From: Sphingomonas sp.
GTDB lineage: Bacteria > Pseudomonadota > Alphaproteobacteria > Sphingomonadales > Sphingomonadaceae
Length of the DNA stretch: 64,000 nucleotides
Direction: 5' to 3'
Assembly: GCA_013001055.1 (NCBI GenBank)
Contig: JABDNH010000004.1
Span: 24,529-88,528, forward strand
Within the stretch, counting starts at the first letter, position 1, and the number at the start of each line of letters is the position of its first letter. A model generated the notes under the pieces. That model was not told where the DNA came from. It was given only the letters and a program-made list of their open reading frames with translations, and did not search any database. The position numbers were made by a program, and so were the translations under genes. Below, piece after piece: positions 28,488 to 40,932 of this stretch.

Positions 28488-29386
28488 GCGGCGCGGCGAA
28501 CCTTCCTGCCCGACGTGTCGAACTTGGTACCGACCTCCGCGTCATAATCGCGGATGAGCTGACGATCGTCTTCGTTCCACGGGTGGAAGCCCGGCAGGAA
28601 ATAGGCGATCCATGGCGTGAACCACTTGCGCACCATGCCAGGGGACAGCACCGCATATTTGAACATGCGCCACTTCACCTTGGCGCCGGTCAGCCCGTCC
28701 TGCTCGAGCAGATCGAGCATCCCTTCCCAGCGATGCTTCAGGAAGTTGTAGGTGACGTTCACCATCACCAGGCTCTTCACCTTCCAGCGCTTGGCGCGCG
28801 ACCAGTCCTTGGTCGCATGCATCCAGGTATCGAAGGCCACGCCCTTATGTTCGATCTCTTCGGAGGCGTGCCAGCGCCACAATTCGGCGGTCGCTTCGTC
28901 GGCGCCTTCCAAATGCTTGGGATTGGCAAGAAGTTCATGGGCCAGGATCGCAGTGAAATGTTCGAGCGCCATGGTTGCGGCAAGGCTGGCGATCTTGGGC
29001 TTTGTCGCGATAAAATCGAGCCGCTCCTGCACCTTTTCCTCCAGCGGCGCGATGTCGTAGCCCGCGTCTGCCGCGCGATTGTTAAACGCGACATGTTCGC
29101 GACTATGCATCGCTTCCTGCGTCACGAAATTCTTGATGTCGTCGGCCAACCGCGCATCGGCACCGTGGCGGAAGGCCCGCACGCTATCGACAAAAAAGGC
29201 CTCGCCCTTGGGAAAGGTGATCGAGAGCGCGTTGTAAAATGCCGTCGCATAAGGATCGTCACCATGCCACCAGCGCGGCGTTTTCTCCTCCCGCCCGAAA
29301 CGCCGATCGCGCGGCGTGATCGAAAGATCATTGGGGGTAACGGTTGCGGTCGTCATCACTTCACTCCAAAGAGGCGGTTTAGTCAT
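28484..29386 (-). CDS. predicted metal-dependent hydrolase (Metal_hydrol family)
   Basis: WHGDDPYATAFYNALSITFPKGEAFF and QEAMHSREH motifs typical of this family. The start may be Met11 (29356). Confidence 0.7.
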   Translation of the reverse strand: MTKPPLWSEVMTTATVTPNDLSITPRDRRFGREEKTPRWWHGDDPYATAFYNALSITFPKGEAFFVDSVRAFRHGADARLADDIKNFVTQEAMHSREHVAFNNRAADAGYDIAPLEEKVQERLDFIATKPKIASLAATMALEHFTAILAHELLANPKHLEGADEATAELWRWHASEEIEHKGVAFDTWMHATKDWSRAKRWKVKSLVMVNVTYNFLKHRWEGMLDLLEQDGLTGAKVKWRMFKYAVLSPGMVRKWFTPWIAYFLPGFHPWNEDDRQLIRDYDAEVGTKFDTSGRKVRRAA

Positions 29387-29399
29387 AGATGGTTATAAC

Positions 29400-29407
29400 T
29401 GACACTT

Positions 29408-29413
<6 letters not shown>
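29400..29413. promoter_or_regulatory. inverted repeat TGACA-CTTA-TGTCA in the AT-rich hydrolase/TetR divergent region (candidate TetR operator)
   Basis: Read directly. Sits between the divergent starts if the downstream Met codons are used. Confidence 0.3.
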
Positions 29414-31936
<2,523 letters not shown>

Positions 31937-32006
31937 AGCGCAATTGGCCCTTATTGCGCCGTATTCGATTGCCAAAGCGCACGCCAACCAACCTATCGGG
32001 GAACCT

Positions 32007-32252
32007 ATGAGCGACCGTGACACCGTAAAATCGAGCGTTTTCAAGCTGATCGAACAATTCAACAAGAAGGGCGTCGACGTCACCGAGGAGACGCGCTTTG
32101 CGCAAGATCTGGAGTGGGACAGCCTCACCGTGCTCGACTTCGTGGCGGAGGTCGAAGACGAGTTCGACATCCTCATCACGATGAACCAACAGGCCGAGAT
32201 CGAAAAGGTCGGCGAGCTCGTCGACGCGGTCCACAAGATGGCGAACAAGTGA
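32007..32252 (+). CDS. acyl carrier protein (sphingolipid-pathway ACP)
   Basis: 81 aa with the phosphopantetheine site DLEWDSLTVLD. The stop overlaps the spt GTG start. Confidence 0.85.
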   Translation: MSDRDTVKSSVFKLIEQFNKKGVDVTEETRFAQDLEWDSLTVLDFVAEVEDEFDILITMNQQAEIEKVGELVDAVHKMANK

Positions 32253-33451
32253 GCGACCTTTTCTCCAAGTTCGATCCGATCATCGCCCAGCATAAGGGGC
32301 TGATCGACAGCGGCCTGACTGATCCGTTCGGACTGGTGATGGAAGAGGTTTTGTCGCCAACCGTGGCCATGTGTAATGGGCGCGAAACCATTTTGCTCGG
32401 TACCTATAATTATATGGGCATGACCTTCGATCCCGACGTGATTGCGGCGGGCAAGAAGGCGCTGGACGAATTTGGTTCGGGTACCACGGGTAGCCGCGTC
32501 TTGAACGGCACCTATTCGCTCCACAAGGATTGCGAAGCCGCGCTCAGGGAATTTTTCGACATGTCGGGCGCGATGGTCTTTTCGACCGGTTATCTTGCCA
32601 ACACAGGCGTGATTTCGACGATCGCGGGCAAGGACGATTACATCATTCTCGATATGGATAGCCACGCGTCGATCTATGATGGCTGCGCGATGGGCAACGC
32701 CAATGTCGTCCCCTTCCGCCATAACGATATCGAAGCCTTGGAAAAGCGGCTGAAACGCCTGCCCGAAGATGCCGGCAAGCTGGTGATCCTCGAAGGCGTC
32801 TATTCGATGCTCGGCGATACCGCACCGCTCGACAAGATGGTCCCGCTTGCCAAGAAACATGGCGCCATGGTGCTGGTCGATGAAGCGCACTCGATGGGCT
32901 TCATCGGCGAAAACGGGCGCGGGGTGGCAGAAGCGCAAGGCGTGATCGACGATGTCGATTTTATCATCGGCACCTTCTCGAAATCGGTGGGCACGGTCGG
33001 CGGCTATTGCGTCTCCAACCACCCCAAGTTCGAAATCCTGCGTCTCGCCAGCCGCAGCTACATCTTCACCGCGTCGCTGCCGCCCAGCGTCATGGCGACC
33101 GCGGCCACCTCGATCCGCAAGATCATGGGCGCGAAGGACAAACGCGATCACCTGTGGGAAAATTCGACACGTCTTCACAACGGCCTCACGAAGCTGGGCT
33201 TCGAGCTTGGCACAAAGGAACCCGAGAGCGCGATCATATCGGTCATCATGCCCGATCTCGAGCGCGGCGCGGCGATGTGGGACGCCCTTTTGAAGGAGGG
33301 CCTTTACGTGAACCTGGCGCGTCCGCCAGCGACGCCTGCGGGCATGACGCTCCTTCGCTGTTCATTGTGCGCCGAACATTCAACCGAGCAGGTCACCGAG
33401 ATACTCGGTATGTTCGAACGCGCTGGCCGCACAACAGGCTGTATCGATTGA
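32249..33451 (+). CDS. spt: serine palmitoyltransferase
   Basis: GTG at 32249. Long collinear identity to the Sphingomonas paucimobilis SPT sequence as I remember it (LLGTYNYMGMTFDPDVIAAGK, VLEGVYSMLGD, KKHGAMVLVDEAHSMGF, GTFSKSVGTVGG PLP-Lys). Confidence 0.92.
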   Translation: MSDLFSKFDPIIAQHKGLIDSGLTDPFGLVMEEVLSPTVAMCNGRETILLGTYNYMGMTFDPDVIAAGKKALDEFGSGTTGSRVLNGTYSLHKDCEAALREFFDMSGAMVFSTGYLANTGVISTIAGKDDYIILDMDSHASIYDGCAMGNANVVPFRHNDIEALEKRLKRLPEDAGKLVILEGVYSMLGDTAPLDKMVPLAKKHGAMVLVDEAHSMGFIGENGRGVAEAQGVIDDVDFIIGTFSKSVGTVGGYCVSNHPKFEILRLASRSYIFTASLPPSVMATAATSIRKIMGAKDKRDHLWENSTRLHNGLTKLGFELGTKEPESAIISVIMPDLERGAAMWDALLKEGLYVNLARPPATPAGMTLLRCSLCAEHSTEQVTEILGMFERAGRTTGCID

Positions 33452-33492
33452 CTCTTTTCCTGAGTCGTCAAGGCCACTAGAAGGGTCGGAGC

Positions 33493-35466
33493 ATGACGGA
33501 CGGGGATCAGACCGCCTTCGATTGGCGCCGCGGCGCTGCGGCTTTCGTTGCGCTTTTCGCGACGCTCATGCTTTTGTTCATGATCTGGATGGTCTCGGCC
33601 TCGAACGAGGCGCGCGAAGCCGCGCAGGCGCGCGAACGCCATGCCTATGACGTGACGCTGCTGACGCGCACGCTCGATGCCAGTATCTCCAATGCCGAAG
33701 CCGCCTTGGGTCGCTACGTTCTCGATGAGGATCGCTTCACGGGCAGCATCTACTATTCCGAATGGCGCCTTGCCGAACAGCAGCTCAACGAACTCGAACG
33801 CCTGGTTGCCAAGGATCCTGCACAGCGTGAACGCGTCGAGCGGCTGCGTACCAATTTCGATGAGCGCCATGCAGAACTGTCCGCGGCTGCACGCGCTGCG
33901 ACCGCTGGCCAGGGCAGTGGCGGCATCAGTCTTTTCTACCAGGCTGGTGAAAGCGCATCGATTACGGCCATCGCCACGATCCTGCGCGAGATTGCACGTG
34001 CCGAACGCAATGCGCTGACCGCATCGATCGAGGAAACCAGCTTCTTTTCCGCACGGGCTGGCAAGCTCACCGACTATCTCGGCTATCTTGGCGCGCTAGT
34101 GGCAGCGATCGCGCTCGCTATGGGCGTCTTTGCGCTTCGGACCTTCAATCAGTATCTGGCCAGCCGCCGCGAGACTGCGGTCGAGACCGAACGCGCCGAT
34201 GCGCTCGAGGCCGCCGTTGCCGAGCGCACGGCGGAACTACAGACCGCCAACGAGGCGCTGAAGGCCGAAGCCGAGGAACGCGCCGCCGCCGAAGCCCAGC
34301 TTCGCCAAGTCCAGAAGATGGAAGCGGTGGGCCAGCTTACCGGCGGTATCGCGCACGACTTCAACAACATGCTTGCCGTCATCGTCGGTGGACTCGACCT
34401 GGCACGGCGCCGCATCGATGGACCGCGGCGCGAATTGTTGACCCATCTCAACAATAGTATGGAAGGCGCCAACCGCGCCGCCACGTTGACCCGCAGGCTG
34501 CTATCCTTCTCGCGTCACGAACCCCTCCACCCCGAACGGGTTGAAAGCGAAGAGCTTGTCCGAGCGATGCGCGAAATGCTCGACCGTACACTGGGTGAGC
34601 GTATCTCGATCAACCTTGACCTCGACACCGAGGCTTGGCCCGTCTTCGTCGACGCCCATCAGCTGGAGAACGCGATCCTCAATCTCGCGGTCAATGCGCG
34701 CGATGCGATGGACGGCCAAGGCGAACTCACCATCCGCACCGATAACGTCACGCTGTCGGACAATGAGATTGGCGACATCCCGTCGGGCGATTATCTCAAA
34801 CTGTCGGTTATCGACGACGGATGTGGGATGACCGAAGAGGTGCGCACGCGCGCCTTCGAGCCCTTCTTCACCACCAAGGAAGTCGGAAAAGGTACCGGTC
34901 TTGGCCTGTCCCAGATCTTTGGCTTCGCGCACCAGTCGGGCGGCGAGGTTGGCATCGAAAGCGAGGTCGGCAAGGGAACTAGCGTGGCGCTTTACCTGCC
35001 GCGAACGACGATCGAGGCCGGAAAGGTGACGCTTCATCCTGCTGCCAAACCCATTGCGCCGCACGAGACGATGGCACCGGCCGATGCACGCCTCCTTATC
35101 GTCGAGGACGATGCGCGCGTTCGCGCCGCCACTCTGGGTGCCCTCGAAGACCTTGGATACGCGCCGCAAAGCGTCGATTCAGGCGCCGCTGCGCTCAAGG
35201 TCTTCAAGCCGGGAGCGTTCGATCTGATCATTTCCGATGTCGTCATGCCCGAGATGACCGGCCCCGAACTCATCCGCGAATTGCGCGCACGGCAAAGCGA
35301 TATCGCCGTACTTTTCGTCACCGGCTATGTCGGCGAAGGCGAGACCGACGAGCTTGCGGGTTACGAAGTGCTGCGCAAACCCTTCACGGTCAGTACGCTG
35401 GCCAGCGCCGTTGCATGCGCACTTGGCAATGTAGCTGTTGGCGGCTCCAGCGCGGCTGCCCGCTAG
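33493..35466 (+). CDS. hybrid sensor histidine kinase/response regulator with CHASE3-like sensor
   Basis: TM, about 170-aa periplasmic helical region, TM, coiled coil, H-box [11 protein letters not shown], HATPase ([23 protein letters not shown]), C-terminal REC (LLIVEDD...[10 protein letters not shown]). Confidence 0.85.
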   Translation: MTDGDQTAFDWRRGAAAFVALFATLMLLFMIWMVSASNEAREAAQARERHAYDVTLLTRTLDASISNAEAALGRYVLDEDRFTGSIYYSEWRLAEQQLNELERLVAKDPAQRERVERLRTNFDERHAELSAAARAATAGQGSGGISLFYQAGESASITAIATILREIARAERNALTASIEETSFFSARAGKLTDYLGYLGALVAAIALAMGVFALRTFNQYLASRRETAVETERADALEAAVAERTAELQTANEALKAEAEERAAAEAQLRQVQKMEAVGQLTGGIAHDFNNMLAVIVGGLDLARRRIDGPRRELLTHLNNSMEGANRAATLTRRLLSFSRHEPLHPERVESEELVRAMREMLDRTLGERISINLDLDTEAWPVFVDAHQLENAILNLAVNARDAMDGQGELTIRTDNVTLSDNEIGDIPSGDYLKLSVIDDGCGMTEEVRTRAFEPFFTTKEVGKGTGLGLSQIFGFAHQSGGEVGIESEVGKGTSVALYLPRTTIEAGKVTLHPAAKPIAPHETMAPADARLLIVEDDARVRAATLGALEDLGYAPQSVDSGAAALKVFKPGAFDLIISDVVMPEMTGPELIRELRARQSDIAVLFVTGYVGEGETDELAGYEVLRKPFTVSTLASAVACALGNVAVGGSSAAAR

Positions 35467-36023
35467 ACCGGATTTTTGGCTGGTTCGATTGACAGGCCGC
35501 GCAGGTAAAGCAGTCTGATTCCGACACGCTTTGTACGGTTGCCCACGGTAAAGGCTGCACTGCTGTGGCGCGGCTTGCGCTCGAGCAATGTAACCCGCGC
35601 ATTGTTCGAAAAGGCGCCGCCATCGATGCGCGTGAGCCTGTAATCGCGATTGACGTCGTGCTGTAGTCCAAAAGCGTAAGTACCGGGCCCCGGCACCTTG
35701 ACGCACACATCGACCGGTCCTGATTGCGGGATGGGGAACATGTGCACCTTGTGGATTTTCCTGCCGCCGACGAGCCAGTTGTCCGGATTGCCGTCATAGA
35801 GATCGAGACGAAGCTCGCCTTTGCGCGTCTTGAAACCCGATACGCGCACCAGAATTGCCGCTTTCCCGCCATCGCAGTGGCCGACATCGCCGATTTGCGT
35901 CACGACGGCGGCCGAGCTGGCAACTGCCGGTGCAGCGGGTGTGACGAGCGCCAGCGCGCCCATGACGAGCGCACTCGATACAGCCAGCGACAGGGGGTTC
36001 AGGAAATTATGCACTTTATACAT
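35463..36023 (-). CDS. DUF2141-family exported protein
   Basis: Signal peptide. G.LRLDLY....F and GTYAFGLQHDVNRD...IDGGAFSNN match the DUF2141 pattern as recalled. Confidence 0.65.
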   Translation of the reverse strand: MYKVHNFLNPLSLAVSSALVMGALALVTPAAPAVASSAAVVTQIGDVGHCDGGKAAILVRVSGFKTRKGELRLDLYDGNPDNWLVGGRKIHKVHMFPIPQSGPVDVCVKVPGPGTYAFGLQHDVNRDYRLTRIDGGAFSNNARVTLLERKPRHSSAAFTVGNRTKRVGIRLLYLRGLSIEPAKNPV

Positions 36024-36135
36024 CTCGTTTTGCTACCGAATAAGCCCGACTTGCCCTGTTTCAAGGCGTGCATGGGCTTCACATTGCCGCTCAATAGGGC
36101 CAAATCATGGTGAAACGCCCATTAAAGCCGGACAA

Positions 36136-37380
36136 ATGAACCTAAGCCTTATCGATCGATACATGGTCCGATCCATCACCGTGCCGCTCATCGGCACGCT
36201 GGTGGTCGCTGCGATGTTGCTGACGCTCGACAAGATGTTGCGCCTGTTCGACTTTGTGGTGGCGACCGGCGGACCCGTCAGCGTGGTCTGGAGGATGCTC
36301 GCCAACCTGCTCCCCGAATATGCCGCGCTGGCGATACCGCTAGGTCTGATGCTCGGCATCCTGCTGGCCTTCCGCAAACTCGCATTGTCGTCCGAACTTG
36401 ATGCATTGCGTGGTATCGGTGTCGGATACGGTCGGATGCTCAAGGTGCCCTACATGTTCGCCGTCGGCCTGCTGGTGGTGAACCTTGGCATCGTCAGCTT
36501 CCTCGAACCCTATTCGCGTTACAATTATGAAGGCTTGCGCTTTGACCTGCGATCGGGCGCGCTCGGTGCTGCGATCGATGTCGGCGAATATAACAAGCTT
36601 GGCGATGGCATCACGCTGCGCATCGAGGAAAGCGAAGATGACGGTACGCTACTGAAGGGCATCTTCGTATCCATGGAAGAGGATAATGGCCGGCGCATCG
36701 CTGCCAGTGCGACGCAGGGCCAGTTCCTCGCCACCGACGATCCCTCGACCATCCTGTTCCGCCTGCAGGACGGTCGGCTAATCCAGGACGAGCCCGATTT
36801 CGCGACGCCGCGCACGCTCGCGTTCGATACGTACGACTTGCCGATCGCGCTGCCGGAAACATCATCTTTCCGTGAACGCGGGCGCGGGGACATCATCAAG
36901 GAGCTCACGCTGCCCGAGGTCGCCGCCATCGCCTATGGCGGCGAGGCTGCCAGCCGCGAAGACAATCTTGCCGCGCGCGCCAACCTCCATTTCCGACTGG
37001 TAGAGGTTTTCATGATGCTGATGCTACCGCTGCTCGCCGTCGCATTGGCCGTGCCGCCCAAGCGCTCCTCCTCGGCGCTGGGCATCTTCGTCGCCATTGT
37101 GATCGTGGTGACGTATCACAAGATCAACCAGTACGCCGAAGCGGCCGGCGCACAGGGCCGCCTCAATCCCGAGGTCGCGCTCTATACGCCGCTGATTAGC
37201 ATGCTAGCGCTGATCGGGTGGATGTATCATGTCATCGCACATCGCCCCGGCGGCCAGCCGATTGGTGCGTTAGAGGCGGTTTTCGCCAAGTTCGGCAAGC
37301 TGATCAAGAAGGTCATCCCCGATTCGCGCGCCCGCGCTCTTGCAAAACGACGCGAAGCAGAAGAAGCCCCGGCTGAATGA
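36136..37380 (+). CDS. lptF: LptF-type permease of the LptB2FG ABC exporter
   Basis: ATG at 36136 gives LIDRYMVRSITVPLIGTL, the YjgP/YjgQ family start. 6 TM with a central periplasmic domain. Confidence 0.8.
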   Translation: MNLSLIDRYMVRSITVPLIGTLVVAAMLLTLDKMLRLFDFVVATGGPVSVVWRMLANLLPEYAALAIPLGLMLGILLAFRKLALSSELDALRGIGVGYGRMLKVPYMFAVGLLVVNLGIVSFLEPYSRYNYEGLRFDLRSGALGAAIDVGEYNKLGDGITLRIEESEDDGTLLKGIFVSMEEDNGRRIAASATQGQFLATDDPSTILFRLQDGRLIQDEPDFATPRTLAFDTYDLPIALPETSSFRERGRGDIIKELTLPEVAAIAYGGEAASREDNLAARANLHFRLVEVFMMLMLPLLAVALAVPPKRSSSALGIFVAIVIVVTYHKINQYAEAAGAQGRLNPEVALYTPLISMLALIGWMYHVIAHRPGGQPIGALEAVFAKFGKLIKKVIPDSRARALAKRREAEEAPAE

Positions 37381-38480
37381 TCAACCTCGATTTCCTGCCC
37401 TCGCGCCAGATCACCCTTTACTTGGCGAAGCTGTTCATCACACGCACCTTTGCCGTGCTGATCGCGCTGGTGATGGTGCTGATGATGCTCGACCTGCTGG
37501 GCGAAAGCGGCAAGATCCTCGCGGTGGAGGGCAATAGCGATGCGGACCTGTGGCGCTACGTGCGGTTGCGCCTGCCGCTTCTCATCTCGCAATTTCTGCC
37601 TTTCGCGGCCTTGCTCGGCACCTTGATCGCTTTCACTGCGCTCAACCAGAATAGCGAGGTCATTTCGATGAAGGCGGCGGGCCTGTCGGCGCACCAGATA
37701 TTGGCGCCGCTGATCCTGACGGCCGCCATCGTCGCGGTCGGATTGTTCGTCTTCAATGAAACCGTAAAGGTGAACAGCGCGCGCGTGGTGACCGCCTGGC
37801 AGGACAATGACTACAAGCCTGTCCCCCCCGAAAGCGGTATCATGAGCAATGTCTGGATCCGCTCACAAGGAGGTCAGGTTCATGCCCGCTTCGCCGCCGG
37901 CACCGGCGATGATTTCCGGTTGCAGGACGTGTCTATCTATCGTCTCGAAGACCGCGTTTTGAAATCGGTGGCACGCGTCGATACGGTACGTCCCATCACC
38001 GGCGAGGACCGATGGTCGTTTGAAGGGATAGAGACCTACGACGCCGAGATGAACATGGTCCGCGAAGGGGCCACGGGCACGGGGCTTGCCGGCGTTACGC
38101 CGAGCCAGTTCAAGCTCGCTACCGTCAATCCAGACAGCACCGACATCATCACCCTTACCGAAGATATCGAAGCGCTCGAAGCCGCAGGCCGCCCCACGGA
38201 AGCTGCACGGGCCGGGTGGTGGCATAAAGTCACCGCGCCTTTGTCGACGCTGCTGATGCCACTTCTGGCGTCTGTGGCGGCTTTCGGGCTGGCGCGTTCC
38301 GGGCAGGTCCTGCTGCGCGCTACTATCGGCATGGCGCTGGGCTTTGCCTATTTCGTCGCCGACAATTTCAGCCTCGCAATGGGCACGGCCGGCGTCTATC
38401 CGCCTTGGCTTGCCGCATGGGGGCCGGTGCTGCTGTTCTTCCTGATCGGTGAAAGCGTCCTTGTGAGGACCGAAGAGTAG
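37377..38480 (+). CDS. lptG: LptG-type permease of the LptB2FG ABC exporter
   Basis: ATGA overlap with lptF. YjgP/YjgQ topology. Confidence 0.8.
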   Translation: MINLDFLPSRQITLYLAKLFITRTFAVLIALVMVLMMLDLLGESGKILAVEGNSDADLWRYVRLRLPLLISQFLPFAALLGTLIAFTALNQNSEVISMKAAGLSAHQILAPLILTAAIVAVGLFVFNETVKVNSARVVTAWQDNDYKPVPPESGIMSNVWIRSQGGQVHARFAAGTGDDFRLQDVSIYRLEDRVLKSVARVDTVRPITGEDRWSFEGIETYDAEMNMVREGATGTGLAGVTPSQFKLATVNPDSTDIITLTEDIEALEAAGRPTEAARAGWWHKVTAPLSTLLMPLLASVAAFGLARSGQVLLRATIGMALGFAYFVADNFSLAMGTAGVYPPWLAAWGPVLLFFLIGESVLVRTEE

Positions 38481-39587
38481 CTAAGCCCGCTTGCCCGTCG
38501 TTGCCGACACGAGATGGGACACCAATGCCCACAGCCCGCGCCGCGACGAGCGGTGATACAGGCTGCTATCCTCGAGCTCTGCGACCAGGCGGCGATGCGC
38601 TTGGCCCAGATTGTGATAGGGCACGCCCGGCAGCAAGTGGTGCAGCGCATGATAGCGCAGCCCAACCGGCGCCCAAAGCGCAGGCAGCAGGCCCGGCGGC
38701 GGCACGTTGACACTATCGAGATACTGGGCCGTGACGCTCATCGGCTCCTGCGTGTCATTTTCCCAGAAATGCGCGACCATGGTGCGCAATTGGTTGAGCC
38801 CCATGAGCCCGCAGGCAACGCCCATGAAGATCGCGAAGGCGCCGAGCGGCAGCACGCCGCCCACCAGTGCCGCGATCAGGATCCATGACCACGCGAATGC
38901 CGCCACTTCCTGATAGGTGAACTGGCGCGCGGCATCGCCCACCGGGCGTTCACGGCGAAAGTCGGGATTGATCTGCAGCCCCGAATAGCGCCCGACCACT
39001 TCATCGCGCACGCGCTTCGACACGAAGCTGACAGGCGCCAAAATCGCGAAGCGGAAGAAAAGCAGGAATGGTGCCAGCGTGCCGCCGATCATGAAAATCG
39101 GCAACGACCACGGCTTCATCGATGCAAGCGGGAGATATTCCGGATCGTCCCTGGTGCCATATTTGGTCTTGGCATGATGCTGGTTGTGCACGCCCTCGTA
39201 CATAAAGCTCGGCGCAAACAAGGGCACGCCTACCAGCACATTCCACACCAGACGAAAGAAAGGCAGGTCGCCTTTCTTGATATGACTGATCTCGTGAATG
39301 AAGCTGCCCGCGCGATAGAGCGCGAGCACCGCCAGGAGCCCCGCGCCGATACGCAGCCCGGTCCCTTCGCCAAACATCGCGAAAGCGAGCGCGGCATAGC
39401 CGAGCAGCGCGCTTCCCAGCATGTCGAGCCAGAAAATTGTCGGGCTCGGCGTATTGAGGCCGCGCGTCAGCTGCGCGGCGGCCTTGAGCAACGCCTTGTC
39501 ATCGCCGCTGCGCATGGCGCGGCGAACGTTCGTATCTTCGGTGCGGGCGTCGCGTGCGACCCCGGCTGGATAGGTCGTATCATTCAT
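38481..39587 (-). CDS. membrane fatty-acid/sphingolipid desaturase-family protein
   Basis: Three His boxes: HEISH, HNQHH, HALHH. 4 TM. Confidence 0.8.
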   Translation of the reverse strand: MNDTTYPAGVARDARTEDTNVRRAMRSGDDKALLKAAAQLTRGLNTPSPTIFWLDMLGSALLGYAALAFAMFGEGTGLRIGAGLLAVLALYRAGSFIHEISHIKKGDLPFFRLVWNVLVGVPLFAPSFMYEGVHNQHHAKTKYGTRDDPEYLPLASMKPWSLPIFMIGGTLAPFLLFFRFAILAPVSFVSKRVRDEVVGRYSGLQINPDFRRERPVGDAARQFTYQEVAAFAWSWILIAALVGGVLPLGAFAIFMGVACGLMGLNQLRTMVAHFWENDTQEPMSVTAQYLDSVNVPPPGLLPALWAPVGLRYHALHHLLPGVPYHNLGQAHRRLVAELEDSSLYHRSSRRGLWALVSHLVSATTGKRA

Positions 39588-39726
39588 GTATCTTGTCCTG
39601 GGTGCGCCATCTGGCGACAGATCATGGCACCATCAAGGCAAAGCTGCCCGATTCTTTCGTAAAATCATGACATTGCGCACCTTAATCGCAGATGACATCG
39701 GCCACCGGCTCGGCTAGCCCTTTTTC

Positions 39727-40863
39727 ATGTCCACCACGCTCAAGATACGGCCGGTCGAAAACAGCGCAGACAAGAAAAAGTTCGTCGACGTCGTCTGGTC
39801 GATCTATGTCGACGATCCCTACTGGGTGCCGCCTCTTAAGTCCGAGGTGCACGGGCTGCTCAACGAGAAGAAGAACCCGTGGTTCGAACATGGCCGCCTC
39901 CAGCTATTTCTGGCCGAACGCGGCGACGAGGTCGTGGGACGGATCAGCGCCCATGTCGATGATCTCTGGCTGGAACGATTCCCGGGCTGCGGCATGTGGG
40001 GGCTATTCGAAGCCAAGGATGCCGAGGCCGCAGCGGCGCTGATCGAGACTGCCGAGCAATGGCTGCGCGAGCAGGGAATGGCGCGCGCGATGGGGCCGAT
40101 CAGCCTGTCGATCTGGGACGAGCCGGGCCTGCTGGTCGAAGGGTTCGAGGAAAAGCCGATGATCATGATGGGTCATCATCGCCCCGAATATCAGGACTGG
40201 GTGACGGCTGCGGGCTATGAAGGAGTAAAGAACCTCCACACATTCGGGCTCGATATCCGTATCGACATGATCCCGGTGATCGACAAGCTCATCCAACTGG
40301 GCGAACGCAACGAGCGCATCCGCATCCGCGACGTCGACAAGTCGAAGTTCGATGAAGAGGCCGCGATCATCCTCGATATTCTCAATGACGCATGGAGCGA
40401 CAATTGGGGATATGTCCCCTTGACCGATGCCGAGATCGCCTATGCCGGCAAGATGCTCAAACCGATCATCGTCGAGGATCTGGTCAAGATTGCGGAGGTG
40501 GACGGCAGGCCGGCGGCCTTCATGATCACCATTCCCGACATCAACGAGCTGATCGAGGATCTGGACGGCAAGCTGTTTCCCTTCGGCTGGGCCAAACTGC
40601 TGTGGCGGCTGCGCAAGCCGTACACGCGGCGCGTGCGTGTCCCCTTGATGGGCGTGCGCAAGGAGCATCAAAAGGGCCGCCTCGCAAGCCAGCTTGCCTT
40701 CATGCTGATAGAATATACGCGCCGCGTCTGCGTCGACAAATATGGCATCAATTTCGGCGAATTCGGCTGGGTTCTCGAGGACAATAAGGGAATGATGTCG
40801 ATCGCCGAGCTGCCCGGATCGGGTATCAACCATACCTACCGAATTTACCAAAAGTCGCTCTAA
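39727..40863 (+). CDS. 378-aa GNAT-like acyltransferase-family protein (function unknown)
   Basis: IRPVE...F..V.WSIY..DPYWVPPLK N-terminus typical of a conserved about 380-aa proteobacterial N-acyltransferase-like family. Confidence 0.6.
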   Translation: MSTTLKIRPVENSADKKKFVDVVWSIYVDDPYWVPPLKSEVHGLLNEKKNPWFEHGRLQLFLAERGDEVVGRISAHVDDLWLERFPGCGMWGLFEAKDAEAAAALIETAEQWLREQGMARAMGPISLSIWDEPGLLVEGFEEKPMIMMGHHRPEYQDWVTAAGYEGVKNLHTFGLDIRIDMIPVIDKLIQLGERNERIRIRDVDKSKFDEEAAIILDILNDAWSDNWGYVPLTDAEIAYAGKMLKPIIVEDLVKIAEVDGRPAAFMITIPDINELIEDLDGKLFPFGWAKLLWRLRKPYTRRVRVPLMGVRKEHQKGRLASQLAFMLIEYTRRVCVDKYGINFGEFGWVLEDNKGMMSIAELPGSGINHTYRIYQKSL

Positions 40864-40886
40864 ACCCACGCTCCGGCGAATCCGAA

Positions 40887-40911
40887 GGCACCACTCGTAC
40901 GTTTCTCCGTT
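40887..40911 (+). promoter_or_regulatory. EcfG-like general-stress promoter candidate (GGCAC-N16-CGTT)
   Basis: One mismatch to GGAAC-N16-CGTT. About 20 nt upstream of the SDR ATG region. Confidence 0.25.
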
Positions 40912-40932
40912 GACCGGTAAAAGGAGGGCGCA

